A stretch of 64,000 nucleotides of DNA from Eledone cirrhosa. Its lineage: Eukaryota. Within the stretch, counting starts at the first letter, position 1. Each line of letters starts with the position of its first letter. Location of the stretch: assembly GCA_964016885.1 (NCBI GenBank), contig OZ024743.1:275652001-275716000 (forward strand), written 5' to 3'. Below the pieces are notes generated by a model. That model was given only the letters and a program-made list of their open reading frames with translations. It was not told the DNA's origin and did no database searches. Positions 34,401-46,048 of this stretch are shown here, piece by piece. Both the position numbers and the translations under genes were made by a program.

Positions 34401-37226
34401 ACAGAAAAGTGGGCAGATAAGATAATAGACGTAAATAGAGTGAACGACAGAATAATTAAAATACGACTTGTCCTCAATAGAACTACGGTGACAGTAATAT
34501 CTGCGTACGCACCCCAATCCGGACTGCCCGGCACTATAAAAGACAGATTCTATGAGACACTGATGCTAACTACCTCCCAAATATCCGACAGTGACTATAT
34601 AATTATCGCAGGCGACCTAAATGGTCACGTTGGACAACATTGTGACGGCTACGACGAAATCCATGGAGGCTATGGGTTTGGTACTAGAAATGAGGAAGGC
34701 TCCAGAATCCTGGAATTCTGTGATGCAAATAACCTAACTATCTGTAACACTAACTTCAAAAAACGTGACAATCACCTGATCACCTATAGATCCGGGGAAC
34801 ACACAAGCCAGGTAGATTATATCCTTACCAGAAGACGTGACAGAGTGTCTGTTGTTAACACTAAATCCCTCCCCCATGAAGAATGCACCTCCCAACATAG
34901 ACTGATAATTAGCGACCTCATAGTCAGGACGAGACGTACTCGACAACAGAAGAGGACTATCCTCAGGAGGAAAATATGGAAGCTAAAGGACCCCACAGCC
35001 AGGAATAAATTTCAAAGCATATTACTTGATGCTTTCGACAGTAAGGAAGAACATTTAGAGTCGGACAATATAGAGGGAGAGTGGGAATTTCTGAAAGCAA
35101 ACCTGCTGTTGGCGACAGACGAGGTCTGTGGCTGGAGCAGGCCTGTAGGCAGGAGGAGAGTAACATGGTGGTGGAACAGTAAGGTGGAGGGGTCAATTAA
35201 GGCCAAAAAGCAGGCTTGGAAAGTATGGCGGGATGGGGGAAGTAGAGAGGACTATCAAGTGGCCAGGAGGGAAGCTAGGAGACAAGTGTACTTAGCAAGA
35301 AGGGAAGCTGAGGAAAGAAAGTTCAAGCATGTTCTACAACGCGATGACCAAAAACGTGAGGTGTTCAGGATTGCTAGGCAATGCGTCAAGGAAAACCGTG
35401 ATATTGTCGGGGAGAAGTGTGTACTAAACGACGATGGCACACTTGCCATCACCGACGCTGATAAGAAGGTAGCTTGGAAGTGTCACTATGAAAGGCTTCT
35501 AAATGAGGAGAATAATTGGGAGAAAGGCAGTCTCCCCCATATCGACCCAATAGAGGGACCAGCAGTGTTAGTCGAGGGGAGTATAATAAGTAAGGCAATC
35601 AAGGATATGAAGACTGGTAAGGCGGCTGGGCCTTCGGAAATAGTTGCTGAGATGCTGAAGGCATCTGGCACGGTGGGACACACCATGGTCACCCGCATAG
35701 TTAACCAAGTCGTACAAAACGGGGTTGTTCCGAAGGACTGGCATAGCAGCATCATCGTTAACTGTTATAAGGGTAAAGGAGACGCCCTAGATAGGAGTAA
35801 CTATAGAGGCATTAAATTAATCGACCAGGTCATGAAGGTCACGGAAAGAGTAATAGCGCAACTAATCAGAGAGAGAATTGACCTAGATGAAATGCAGTTC
35901 GGGTTTGTGTCAGGCAAAAGTACCACAGACGCTCTTTTCATAGTACGACAACTACAAGAGAAGTACCTAGCTAAAGGTAAACCCCTCTACTTAGCTTTTG
36001 TCGACTTGGAGAAAGCCTTCGACAGAGTCCCCCGCTCCATTATCTGGTGGGCTCTTAGAAAACTAGGCGTTGACGAATGGCTTGTGAGGGCTATACAAGC
36101 CATGTATAAAGAAACAGTCAGCAAGGTTAGAATTAACAACGAATATAGTGAAGAGTTTAGCGTAAAAGTCGGCGTCCATCAGGGCTCTGTTCTCAGTCCA
36201 CTACTATTTATTATTGCCCTTCAGGCCATAACAGAGGAGTTCAAGACAGGCTGCCCATGGGAACTCCTATACGCAGACGACCTGACACTCATAGCGGAAT
36301 CAATGGCCGAGCTAGAGAAGAAATTCCAAACATGGAAGCACGGCCTAGAGTCAAAAGGACTTAAAATTAACCTGGCTAAGACCAAAGTACTAGTTTGTAG
36401 GAAAGAAAACAAGGCGGCGGTCCCTTCTGGGAAATGGTCGTGCTCGGTGTGTAGGAAAGGCGTAGGTAGAAACTCCATTTTATGTCCTAAATGCAAAGTA
36501 TGGGTGCATAAAAGATGTAGTGGGATCACAGGTAGGCTAACTAAGAACATAGATTTTACATGTGGCCGGTGCTCTGGTGCAATAAGTAGCAGCAAGTGCC
36601 CACAAACTACTAGCTCTTTCAATTGCGCAGAGGGTTCTATAGAAATAGTGGACAGCTTCCGTTACCTGGGCGATAAAATCAGCAGTGGGGGAGGGTGCTC
36701 TGAAAGTACTGTAGCTAGAGTCAGAACTGGTTGGAAAAAGTTCAGAGAGCTTATACCACTATTAGCTGCTAAAGGGTTCTCACTAAAAATGAAAGGCAGG
36801 TTGTACGATGCCTGCATACGAACAGCAATGCTGCATGGCAGTGAGACCTGGGCATTGTGTGCAGAGGATATACGCAGACTAGAGAGGAACGAAGCTTGCA
36901 TGCTCCGCTGGATGTGTAACAGTAATATACGTGAACGGCAAAGCATAAACGAACTAAGGAATAAATTAGAGATAAGAGGGATCAGATGTTGTTTACTCGA
37001 GAGAAGGCTACGTTGGTATGGACACGTGATGCGCATGAAAGTCGATAGCTGTATAACAAAGTGCAGGGCAATAAAGATAGACGGTAGTCACGGAATAGGC
37101 AGACCTAGAAAAACCTGGGACGAGCTGATAAACTCCGACATCACACACTTACACCTCTCCAAGACAATGTCACTGGACCGAGACCTTTGGCGGTACTCAG
37201 TAACAGAGAAGACCCGCCTTACCTGA
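34401..37226 (+). CDS. RTE endonuclease-reverse transcriptase ORF (N-truncated) with an internal PHD-type finger
   Basis: SAYAPQ, AGDLNGHVG, SQVDYIL, SQHRL (EN); NYRGIKL, QFGF, FVDLEKAFD, HQGSVLSP, YADD, FRYLG (RT). The first ~28 aa of the tracked ORF come from the flanking SINE and (TA)n. Confidence 0.9.
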   Translation, partial: TEKWADKIIDVNRVNDRIIKIRLVLNRTTVTVISAYAPQSGLPGTIKDRFYETLMLTTSQISDSDYIIIAGDLNGHVGQHCDGYDEIHGGYGFGTRNEEGSRILEFCDANNLTICNTNFKKRDNHLITYRSGEHTSQVDYILTRRRDRVSVVNTKSLPHEECTSQHRLIISDLIVRTRRTRQQKRTILRRKIWKLKDPTARNKFQSILLDAFDSKEEHLESDNIEGEWEFLKANLLLATDEVCGWSRPVGRRRVTWWWNSKVEGSIKAKKQAWKVWRDGGSREDYQVARREARRQVYLARREAEERKFKHVLQRDDQKREVFRIARQCVKENRDIVGEKCVLNDDGTLAITDADKKVAWKCHYERLLNEENNWEKGSLPHIDPIEGPAVLVEGSIISKAIKDMKTGKAAGPSEIVAEMLKASGTVGHTMVTRIVNQVVQNGVVPKDWHSSIIVNCYKGKGDALDRSNYRGIKLIDQVMKVTERVIAQLIRERIDLDEMQFGFVSGKSTTDALFIVRQLQEKYLAKGKPLYLAFVDLEKAFDRVPRSIIWWALRKLGVDEWLVRAIQAMYKETVSKVRINNEYSEEFSVKVGVHQGSVLSPLLFIIALQAITEEFKTGCPWELLYADDLTLIAESMAELEKKFQTWKHGLESKGLKINLAKTKVLVCRKENKAAVPSGKWSCSVCRKGVGRNSILCPKCKVWVHKRCSGITGRLTKNIDFTCGRCSGAISSSKCPQTTSSFNCAEGSIEIVDSFRYLGDKISSGGGCSESTVARVRTGWKKFRELIPLLAAKGFSLKMKGRLYDACIRTAMLHGSETWALCAEDIRRLERNEACMLRWMCNSNIRERQSINELRNKLEIRGIRCCLLERRLRWYGHVMRMKVDSCITKCRAIKIDGSHGIGRPRKTWDELINSDITHLHLSKTMSLDRDLWRYSVTEKTRLT

Positions 37227-37617
37227 ATATATAGTAAAACCTACTCCAGCCAGTAGGCATCTCTAACAAATACACCCCGTCCCACCACCCCCACCCGATC
37301 CACACCACCCCGTTCTATGTAAAGTTATGTTGGTGCCGCGCCATCGAGGCCGAAACAAATGAGATCGTGTAGGTGTCACGACAAAAAAACACACAGTCCA
37401 CGCTGTAATGTGGCCGTGTAGGCAACACGGTAAAAACCTCCCAGACCCACACTGTAAATGTGGTTGGTGTTAGGAAGGGCATCCAACTGTAGAAAACCTG
37501 CCAGACAGTCCTATGCGAGCAAGACAATCACTCTTGCCTCAAGTGGGACTACCCCCGTCCAAACCCATGCAAGCGTGGAACACGGACGTTAAACGTTGAT
37601 GATGATGATGATGATGA

Positions 37618-37621
<4 letters not shown>
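34401..37621 (+). mobile_element. RTE LINE (subfamily A), young, 5'-truncated within the endonuclease
   Basis: Uninterrupted frame to 37226, 3'UTR, CCATGCAAGCGTGG stem-loop, (GAT)n tail; (TA)n on both sides. Confidence 0.97.
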
Positions 37622-37678
<57 letters not shown>

Positions 37679-37680
37679 TA

Positions 37681-37747
<67 letters not shown>

Positions 37748-37757
37748 ATATATATGT

Positions 37758-37798
<41 letters not shown>

Positions 37799-37823
37799 TA
37801 TGTATGTATATATATGTATATAT

Positions 37824-37864
<41 letters not shown>

Positions 37865-37948
37865 TATGTATGTATATGTATGTATATATATATATATATG
37901 TATGTATATATATATATGTATGTATATGTATGTATATATATATGTATG

Positions 37949-38033
<85 letters not shown>

Positions 38034-38099
38034 CTATATGTATGTATATATATCTATGTATATATATGTATGTATATATATATGTATGTATATATATGT

Positions 38100-38161
<62 letters not shown>

Positions 38162-38177
38162 ATATATGTATATATAT

Positions 38178-38218
<41 letters not shown>

Positions 38219-38243
38219 TATGTATGTATATATATGTATATAT

Positions 38244-38284
<41 letters not shown>

Positions 38285-38298
38285 TATGTATGTATATG

Positions 38299-38329
<31 letters not shown>

Positions 38330-38360
38330 GTATGTATATGTATGTATATATATATGTATG

Positions 38361-38412
<52 letters not shown>
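37622..38412. repeat. Long (TA)n/(TATG)n microsatellite
   Basis: Read directly from the sequence. Confidence 0.99.
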
Positions 38413-38414
38413 GT

Positions 38415-38631
38415 GAAGGCGTGTGGCTGAGTGGTTAGAGAATTGGATTCGCAATCGTAAGGTTGTGAGTTCGATTCCTGGACCAGGCGACGCGTTATGT
38501 CCTTGAGCAAGACACTTTATTTCACGTTGCTCCTTCTACCTGGAGTTGCGACCGATAGATAATATTAGCAATTGGAAAGACCAACGGAAACATTGTTCCC
38601 TCGGTCCGATTTGACGAACGTCGATCGTTCC
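38415..38631 (+). mobile_element. tRNA/CORE-like SINE family C
   Basis: TGGCTGAGTGG A-box, GAGTTCGATTCC B-box, TGTCCTTGAGCAAGACACTT, unique tail; copies at 44344-44560 and 62462-62635. Confidence 0.88.
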
Positions 38632-38635
38632 ATTT

Positions 38636-38689
<54 letters not shown>

Positions 38690-38729
38690 TATATGTATGT
38701 ATATATATGTATATATATATGTGTGTATC

Positions 38730-39071
38730 CCTGTCCCACTACCCCCACCCCATCCACACCACACCTTTCAATCTAAAGTTATGTTGGTACCACAACATCC
38801 AGTCCGAAACAAATGAGGTCATGTAGGTGTCACGACGAAAAAACACACAGTCCACGCTGTAATGTGGCCGTGTAGGTAACACGGTAAAAACCTCCCGGTC
38901 CACACTGTAAACGTGGTTGGTGTTAGGAAGGGCATCCAGCCGTAGAAAACCCGCCAGACAGTCCTATGCGACCAAGACAACCTCTCTTGCCTCAAGTGGG
39001 AAAACTCCCGTCCAAACCCATGCAAGCGTGGAATATGGACGTTAAACGAAGATGATGATGATGTTGATGAT
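38730..39071 (+). mobile_element. RTE subfamily A 3'UTR fragment
   Basis: Matches 37275-37621. Confidence 0.9.
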
Positions 39072-39092
39072 ATATATATATATATATATATT

Positions 39093-40277
39093 ATCATCAT
39101 CATCATCATCATCACCGTTTTACGTCCATTCTTCCACGCTAGCATGGGTTAGACGGGTTGTCCTGTTGTGGGCAGTGTCTGGTCGGCTGACCATGCCTTG
39201 CTCATACAGGAACTGATTTGGCTTGATTTCTACAGCTGGATGCCCTTCCTAACACCAACCTCATTTACAGTGAGTGCTGGGCGCTTTTTCGTGGTGCCTA
39301 CACGTCCACTTTACAGTGTGGGCTAGGTGCTTTTTTGCCGTGGCACCTCCATGACCACCATGCGGTGGGAGGGTGTGGGGGTATATTGTCTATATGCTTC
39401 AGTTTGTACCCATGGGATGTCGGGTACTCTGTATTACTGCGTGACGCCAGAAGTCACGGTCGTGTGTCATTGTCTTTGAGAGGTGTAATTGGGTACGGTC
39501 GGCTTTTATCACCTCATCCCAGGTCATCTTGGGTCTCCCGACTCCGCGGTTTCCATCAACTTCTAGTGCTCTGCACCTTTTTATGCAGCTGTCATCCTTC
39601 ATACGCATCACATGTCCATACCAGCGCAACCGCCTCTCCTGCACACAGCATTTGATTCCTCTTATGCTCAGTCTCTCTCTCAATTCATTTATGCTTTGTC
39701 GTTCACGTATATTACTGTTACACATCCATCGGAGCATGCAGGCTTCGTTTCTCTCTAATCTACGTAAGTCTTCCACCTTCAGCGCCCAGGTCTCACTACC
39801 ATGCAACATCGCTGTTCGGATACACGCATCATACAGTCTGCCTTTCATTTTGAAGAAAAAGCCTTTTGCAGCTAGCAGTGGCAGTAGCTCCCTGAACTTC
39901 TTCCATCCCGTTCTTACCCTAGTTATTGTACTTTCCGAACACCCACCTCCACTGCTAATTCGGCCACCTAGGTAGCAGAAGCTGTCTACTGTTTCTACAG
40001 AGCCCTCCCAGAGATTAGTGGTACTTGTTTCCTGTAGCTGTTTGCTGCTTGCTGTCCCAGCACAGCTGCTGCATGTGAAGCCTACATTCTTAATTAAGCT
40101 TCCTGAGATCCCGCTACATCTCTTGTGTACCCATTGTTTGCATTTGGGGCAGAGAATGGAGTTCCTACCTACACCTTTCCTACATACTGAGCAAGGCCAT
40201 TTCCCTGAGGGGATCTGGGTTCTGTTTTCTCGTCTACTTACAAGGACCTTAGTCTTTGTCATGTTGACTTTGAGACC
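39093..40277 (-). mobile_element. RTE subfamily B 3' fragment
   Basis: ORF 39399..40262 (PHD finger, FCYLG, C-terminus) plus 3'UTR and tail. Confidence 0.95.
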
Positions 40278-40299
40278 CCCCCCCCCTCTCCTCTCTCTC

Positions 40300-40339
<40 letters not shown>

Positions 40340-40440
40340 CTCTCTCTCTCTCTCCCCTCTCTCTGCCCTCTCTCTCTCTCTCCCCTCTCTCTCTCCTCTC
40401 TCTCCCCTCTCTTACCTTCCCCTCTCTCTCCCTCCCCTCT
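40278..40440. repeat. (CT)n/C-rich polypyrimidine tract
   Basis: Read directly; separates two divergently oriented RTE copies. Confidence 0.97.
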
Positions 40441-43413
40441 CGTAGAAATGCTAGAGCGAAAGGAAATTGATGTATGCTGTGTGCAAGAGACTAGATGGAG
40501 AGGAGAGTCTGCTAGAGTCCTTGTAGGAAAAAGTCAGTGCTACAAATTTTTCTGGGTGGGAAATGACGGGATGGGTGGTGAAGGTATACTATTAGCTGAC
40601 AAGTGGGTAGATAAAGTAATCTCAGTGTACAGGGTAAATGCAAGAATCATTAAACTCAGACTAGTCCTGAATAAGACAATTACCACAATAATATCAACTT
40701 ACGCACCCCAATCGGGGCTGCCAGACGAACTTAAAGATAGGTTTTACGAGTCCCTAATACACACTACTGCTCTAACAGACGACAAGGACTTCCTAATCAT
40801 TGCAGGAGATTTTAATGGACACGTAGGTAAAAACTGCGACGGCTTCAATAGAGTCCATGGAGGCCATGGGGTTGGCACAAGAAATGAGGAAGGATTCAGA
40901 CTTCTAGAATTCTGTGACGCCAATGACATGTCGATATGTAACACAAACTTCAAAAAAACCCGACAACCACCTGATCACCTATAGATCAGGGGAGCATTCT
41001 AGTCAGATAGATTTTATCCTCATCAGAGGACGTGACAGATGGACGGTCGTAATCACAAAAGCCTTCCATAGTGAGGAATGTACATCCCAACATAGCTTAG
41101 TTGTCAGCGACCTCACAGTCAGAACTAGACAAACCTGGAAACAGAGGCCAACCTGGAGAAGAAAGATCTGGAAGCTGAAAGACCCCTCAACCAGTAACAG
41201 ATTTAAAGATATTTTACTCAACGCCTACGACAGTAAAGAAGAACAGATAGAGACATTCAATGTAGAAGAGAACTGGGAGTTCCTAAAAAATAACTTACTA
41301 GAGGCGACGGATGAGGTCTGTGGCTGGAGTAAGACCACAAGCAGGAGGAGAGTGACTTGGTGGTGGAACAATAAGGTAGATGAGGCAGTTAAGGCCAAGA
41401 AACAGGCATGGAAAGAATGGAAGAACGGGGGGAGCAGGGTACATTACATAGAGACCAAGAGGGAAGCTAGGCGACAAGTATACTTAGCTAGGAGGGAAGA
41501 AGAGGATAGAAAATTCAAGCATGTTTTGCAACGTGAGGACCAGAAACAGGAGGTGTTCAAGATTGCGAGGCAGTGTGTCAGAGAGAATTGTGATGTCATT
41601 GGAGAGAAGTGTATCCGGAATGATAAAGGTGAGCTTGCCCTCACAAGTGCTGAGAAGAAAGATGCATGGAGGAGTCATTATGATAGATTACTAAATGAGG
41701 AGAATGCATGGGAAGAAGAGACCCTACCCCAAGTAGACCCTATAGAGGGGCCAGCAGTACAAGTCAGCAGCAGCGTAGTAAGTAAGGCAACCAAAGATAT
41801 GAAGATGGGGAAGGCAACCGGTCCATCGGGTATAGCTGCCGAGATGCTGAAGGCATCTGGGTCGGTAGGTCACACTATAACCACACGTATTGTTAACCAG
41901 GTAATACTAGAAGGTGTCATGCAGTAGCATCATTGTCAACTGCTACAAAGGTAAAGGTGATGCACTAGATAGAGAAAACTATAGAGGTATAACGCTGATG
42001 GACCAGGTCATGAAAGTAACAGAAAGAGTTATAGCACAGTTGATTAGGGACCGGGTGAAACTAGACGAGATGCAATTTGGGTTTGTACCAGGAAGAGGCA
42101 CCACTGATGCCCTCTTCCTTGTGAGGCAGTTACAGGAAAAGCACCTAGCTAAAAGTAAGCCACTCTACCTGGCATTTGTCGATCTTGAGAAAGCCTTTGA
42201 CAGAGTTCCACGTGCTGTAATCTGGTGGGCTCTTAGAAAACTAGGAGTAGATGAATGGCTTGTGAAAGCGGTACAAGCCATGTATAGGCGAGCAGTCAGC
42301 AAAGTTAGGATTAGCAATTAGTATAGCGAGGAATTTAGCGTACAGGTTGGGGTCCACCAGGGCTCTGTTCTTAGCCCCCTCCTGTTCATCATAGTCCTGC
42401 AGGCAATAACGGAGGAGTTTAAGACCGGATGCCCATGGGAACTCCTGTATGCTGATGACCTCACACTTATAGCTGAATCTATGGTAGAACTAGAGAAGAA
42501 ATTCCAAACTTGGAAGCAGGGACTAGAAAGAAAGGGTCTCAAAGTCAACATGACAAAGACTAAGGTCCTTGTAAGTAGACGAGAAACGGGTAAGAACGGG
42601 ATGGAAGAAGTTTAGGGAACTACTACCACTGCTAGCTGCAAAAGGCTTGTCCCTCAAAATGAAAAGCAGACTGTATGATGCGTGTATCTGAACAGCGATG
42701 TTGCATGGTAGTGAGACCTGGGCGCTGAAGATGGAAAACTTACGTAGATTAGAGAGAAACGAAGCCTGCATGCTCCGATGGATGTGTAATAGTAATATAC
42801 GCGAACGACAAAGCATAAATGAATTGAGAGAGAGACTGAGCATAAGAGGAATCAAATGCTGTGTGCAGGAGAGGAGGTTGCGTTGGTATGGACATGTGAT
42901 GCGTATGAAGGATGACAGCTGCATAAAAAGGTGCAGAGCACTAGAAGTCGATGGAAACCGCGGAGTGGGGAGACCCAAGATGACCTGGGATGAGGTGATA
43001 AAAGCCGACCTTACCCAATTACACCTCTCAAAGACAATGACACACGACCGTGACTTCTGGCGTCACGCAGTAATACAGAGTACCCGACATCCCATGGGTA
43101 CAAACTGAAGCATATAGACAATATACCCCCACACCCTCCCACCGCAAGGTGGTCATGGAGGTGCCACGGCAAAAAAGCACCCAGCCTACACTGTAAAGTG
43201 GACGTGTAGGCGCCACGAAAAAACATCCAGCACTCACTGTAAATGAGGTTGGTGTTAGGAAGGGCATCCAGCTGTAGAAATCAAGCCAAATCAGTTCCTG
43301 TATGAGCAAGGCATGGTCAGCCGACCAGACACTGCCTACAACAGGACAACCCGTCTAACCCATGCTTGCGTAGAAGAACGGACGTAAAACGGTGATGATG
43401 ATGATGATGATGA
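40441..43413 (+). mobile_element. RTE subfamily B, near full ORF, disrupted
   Basis: CCVQETRW (EN N-part) through RT to tail; frameshifts, TAG at 42319-42321 and a ~300-bp deletion at ~42586. Confidence 0.96.
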
Positions 43414-43447
43414 TATATGTATGTATATATATATATATACGTATATG

Positions 43448-43798
43448 TCATTTCATTTTTTTCATCATTTCATTTTACATCCGCTTTTTCCCTGCTTGCA
43501 AGGGTGGGACGGGAACTGATTCTGGCTTGATTTCTACAGCTGGATGCCCTTCCTAACACCAACCTCATTTACAGTGAGTGCTGGGTGCTTTTTTTGCCGT
43601 GGCACCTCCACGACCACTTTGCAGTGGAATGATAGGGACCCCAGTCCCTATCATCTCATTTCTACAGCTGAGTAAACTGGAGCAATGTGAAATAAAGTGT
43701 CTTGCTCAAGGAAACAACACATCACCCGGTCTGAGAATTGAACTTACAACCTTTCGTTTGCAAGGCCAATGCTCTAACCACTAAGCCATGTGCCTCCA
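43448..43798 (-). mobile_element. SINE family B
   Basis: Homologous to 34056-34377. Confidence 0.88.
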
Positions 43799-44089
43799 TG
43801 TATGTATGTATATATATATATGTATGTATGTATATATATATATATATGTATGTATGTATATATGTATGTATGTATATATATGTATGTATGTATATATATA
43901 TATGTATGTATATATATATTTATATATATGTATGTATATGTATATGTATATGTATGTATATGTATGTATATGTATATGTATGTACATATATATATGTATA
44001 TATATATATATGTATGTATATATATATATGTATGTATATATGTATGTATGTATGTGTATATATATATATATATTTATATATATGTATCA

Positions 44090-44344
44090 AGGATGTGTTG
44101 TTTCCTTGAGCAAAACACTTTATTTCACATTGCTCCAGTTTACTCAGCTGTAGAAATGAGATGATAGGGACTGGGGTCCCTATCATTCCACTGCAAAGTG
44201 GTCGTGGAGGTGCTACAGCAAAAAAGCACCCAGCACTCACTGTAAATGAGGTTGGTGTTAGGAAGTGCATCCAGCTGTAGAAATCAAGCCAGAATCAGTT
44301 CCCGTCCCACCCTTGCAAGCAGGGAAAAGCGGCGTAAAATGATG
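44090..44344 (+). mobile_element. SINE family B, head missing
   Basis: CORE-like region plus RTE-like tail. Confidence 0.85.
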
Positions 44345-44560
44345 AAGGCGTGTGGCTGAGTGGTTAGAGAATTGGATTCGCAATCGTAAGGTTGTGAGTT
44401 CGATTCCTGGACCAGGCGATGCGTTATGTCCTTGACCAAGACACTTTATTTCATGTTGCTCCTTCTACCTGGAGTTGCGACCGATAGATAGTATTAGCAA
44501 TTGGAAAGACCAACGGAAACATTGTTCCCTCGGTCCGATTTGACGAAAGTCGATCGTTCC
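44344..44560 (+). mobile_element. SINE family C
   Basis: Near-identical to 38415-38631. Confidence 0.9.
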
Positions 44561-44596
44561 TTCATGTGTGTATATATATATATATGTGTGTATATT

Positions 44597-44628
<32 letters not shown>

Positions 44629-45633
44629 GCGTATTGGTTTATTGGTTTAATCTTCTCCGGAAGATACCGCTGGTAATTCAATAAGAAAGAAGATATAGAG
44701 AGCTGCTCATCAGAACAAGGCCGGCAACGAATAAGAGAGTGAGAAACAAAAGTCTCGTCTATTTATTATGCCTACGGGAAGTAACTCTAATTAATTCTCT
44801 TTTTTTTACCCTAGGGGTCGCTACAATACTCTCCTACAGATGAGAGGCGAATAACCCCAAAGTAATTGTAGCGACCCCGCAAGAAATTGGGATCAAGGCA
44901 AAGGTATGAAAAAGGTACATGAAAAAACAATACAAAAAAAGAAACTCTATAGTTAAAGAAAACTTTCAACTGTTAAGAAACAACATAAAGAAAATCATGT
45001 AATACACAATACAAAAAAGGCTCCATAGTGGCCAGTTCAGATAAAAACTGTTTGACAAAAATCTTTTGGGCCAGTGGACTCTTCGACCGGAACGGGTCGT
45101 GGTCTTGTATGTAGGTGAAGGTGGGGCAGAAGGAGCAGTTGTATGTACAACATCTGGTTGCTATTTCTCTTTATCTCAGGTGGCGTCAGCTTGAGGTGAA
45201 GTCAGTTAAGTTTTTCTTTGGGTCATATGACTCTGGTTCATCGAAAGAGAAGCATCGCTTTGACCTACTCAAGCAATAAGTAGGTCTTAGCAAAACACTA
45301 TGACCCTCTTGACAAGGGCCCAACAGCAATTCTTCCATCAGCACTTCAACCACACAGAATCATCTGCCTCTTCATACAGACAACACAGCTTCCTTCCCAC
45401 TGCGAACTTACTACTACCTCTGCTGATAATACTGACTGACTACACCTTGTCAACTTTTAATTGAGCATAGCATATTAAACAAAGATTCTCCAACAAATAC
45501 AGAGGACTTTTTGAACACTGTGTTCATTTGTGAGTGCTGCCATCAAACTTTATATATTTATGATTCGAAGTAATCGTATTCTTTTTACTTTTTGCTGAAG
45601 TGAAATAAAGTTATATATCTAACGAAAATTATT

Positions 45634-45664
<31 letters not shown>

Positions 45665-45668
45665 TGTC

Positions 45669-45719
45669 AGATTCCTGATGATTTCTCAAGAATGAAACAG
45701 TTCTAGTCCTGTAGAATCT
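45669..45719 (+). ncRNA. Putative type-I hammerhead ribozyme
   Basis: AGATTC-CTGATGA-t-TTC(tcaa)GAA-t-GAAA-CAG(ttctagtc)CTG-TA-GAATCT: stem I 6 bp, stem III 4 bp, GUA triplet; U.U at the base of stem II. Confidence 0.65.
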
Positions 45720-45807
45720 CATCTATATTAAAACTTGTATACTCTGCTATGTATTGAGTACCTTACTTACTGTGGTTACCTCCGATTCAACCCGCCGGAA
45801 TAACTTA

Positions 45808-45849
<42 letters not shown>

Positions 45850-45851
45850 CA

Positions 45852-45885
<34 letters not shown>

Positions 45886-45904
45886 CATATATATACATAC
45901 ATAC

Positions 45905-45943
<39 letters not shown>

Positions 45944-45961
45944 GTGTCTAGATCAGAGCAA

Positions 45962-46048
45962 ACTTCCTGATGAATCCGGTGCTCGAGTGACATAATTATT
46001 ACATAATTATTGGAAATCTCAAAATGCGGATGAAACCATGGTAGAGGT
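45962..46048 (+). ncRNA. Putative type-I hammerhead ribozyme with palindromic minimal stem III
   Basis: ACTTC-CTGATGA-ATCCG...CGGAT-GAAA-C(catg)G-TA-GAGGT; all core nucleotides present; ACCATGGT is self-complementary. Confidence 0.72.

Noticed and set aside
38415-38490. tRNA gene
   Set aside because: A and B boxes are present but the acceptor stem does not close and the sequence continues into a repeated SINE body.
37549-38510. YI/YM-rich ORFs here and at 32.4, 43.8 and 47.6 kb
   Set aside because: Translations of (TA)n/(TATG)n microsatellites.
44640-44720. Minus-strand CTGATGA as a hammerhead
   Set aside because: No GAAA box or stem II partner at a suitable distance.
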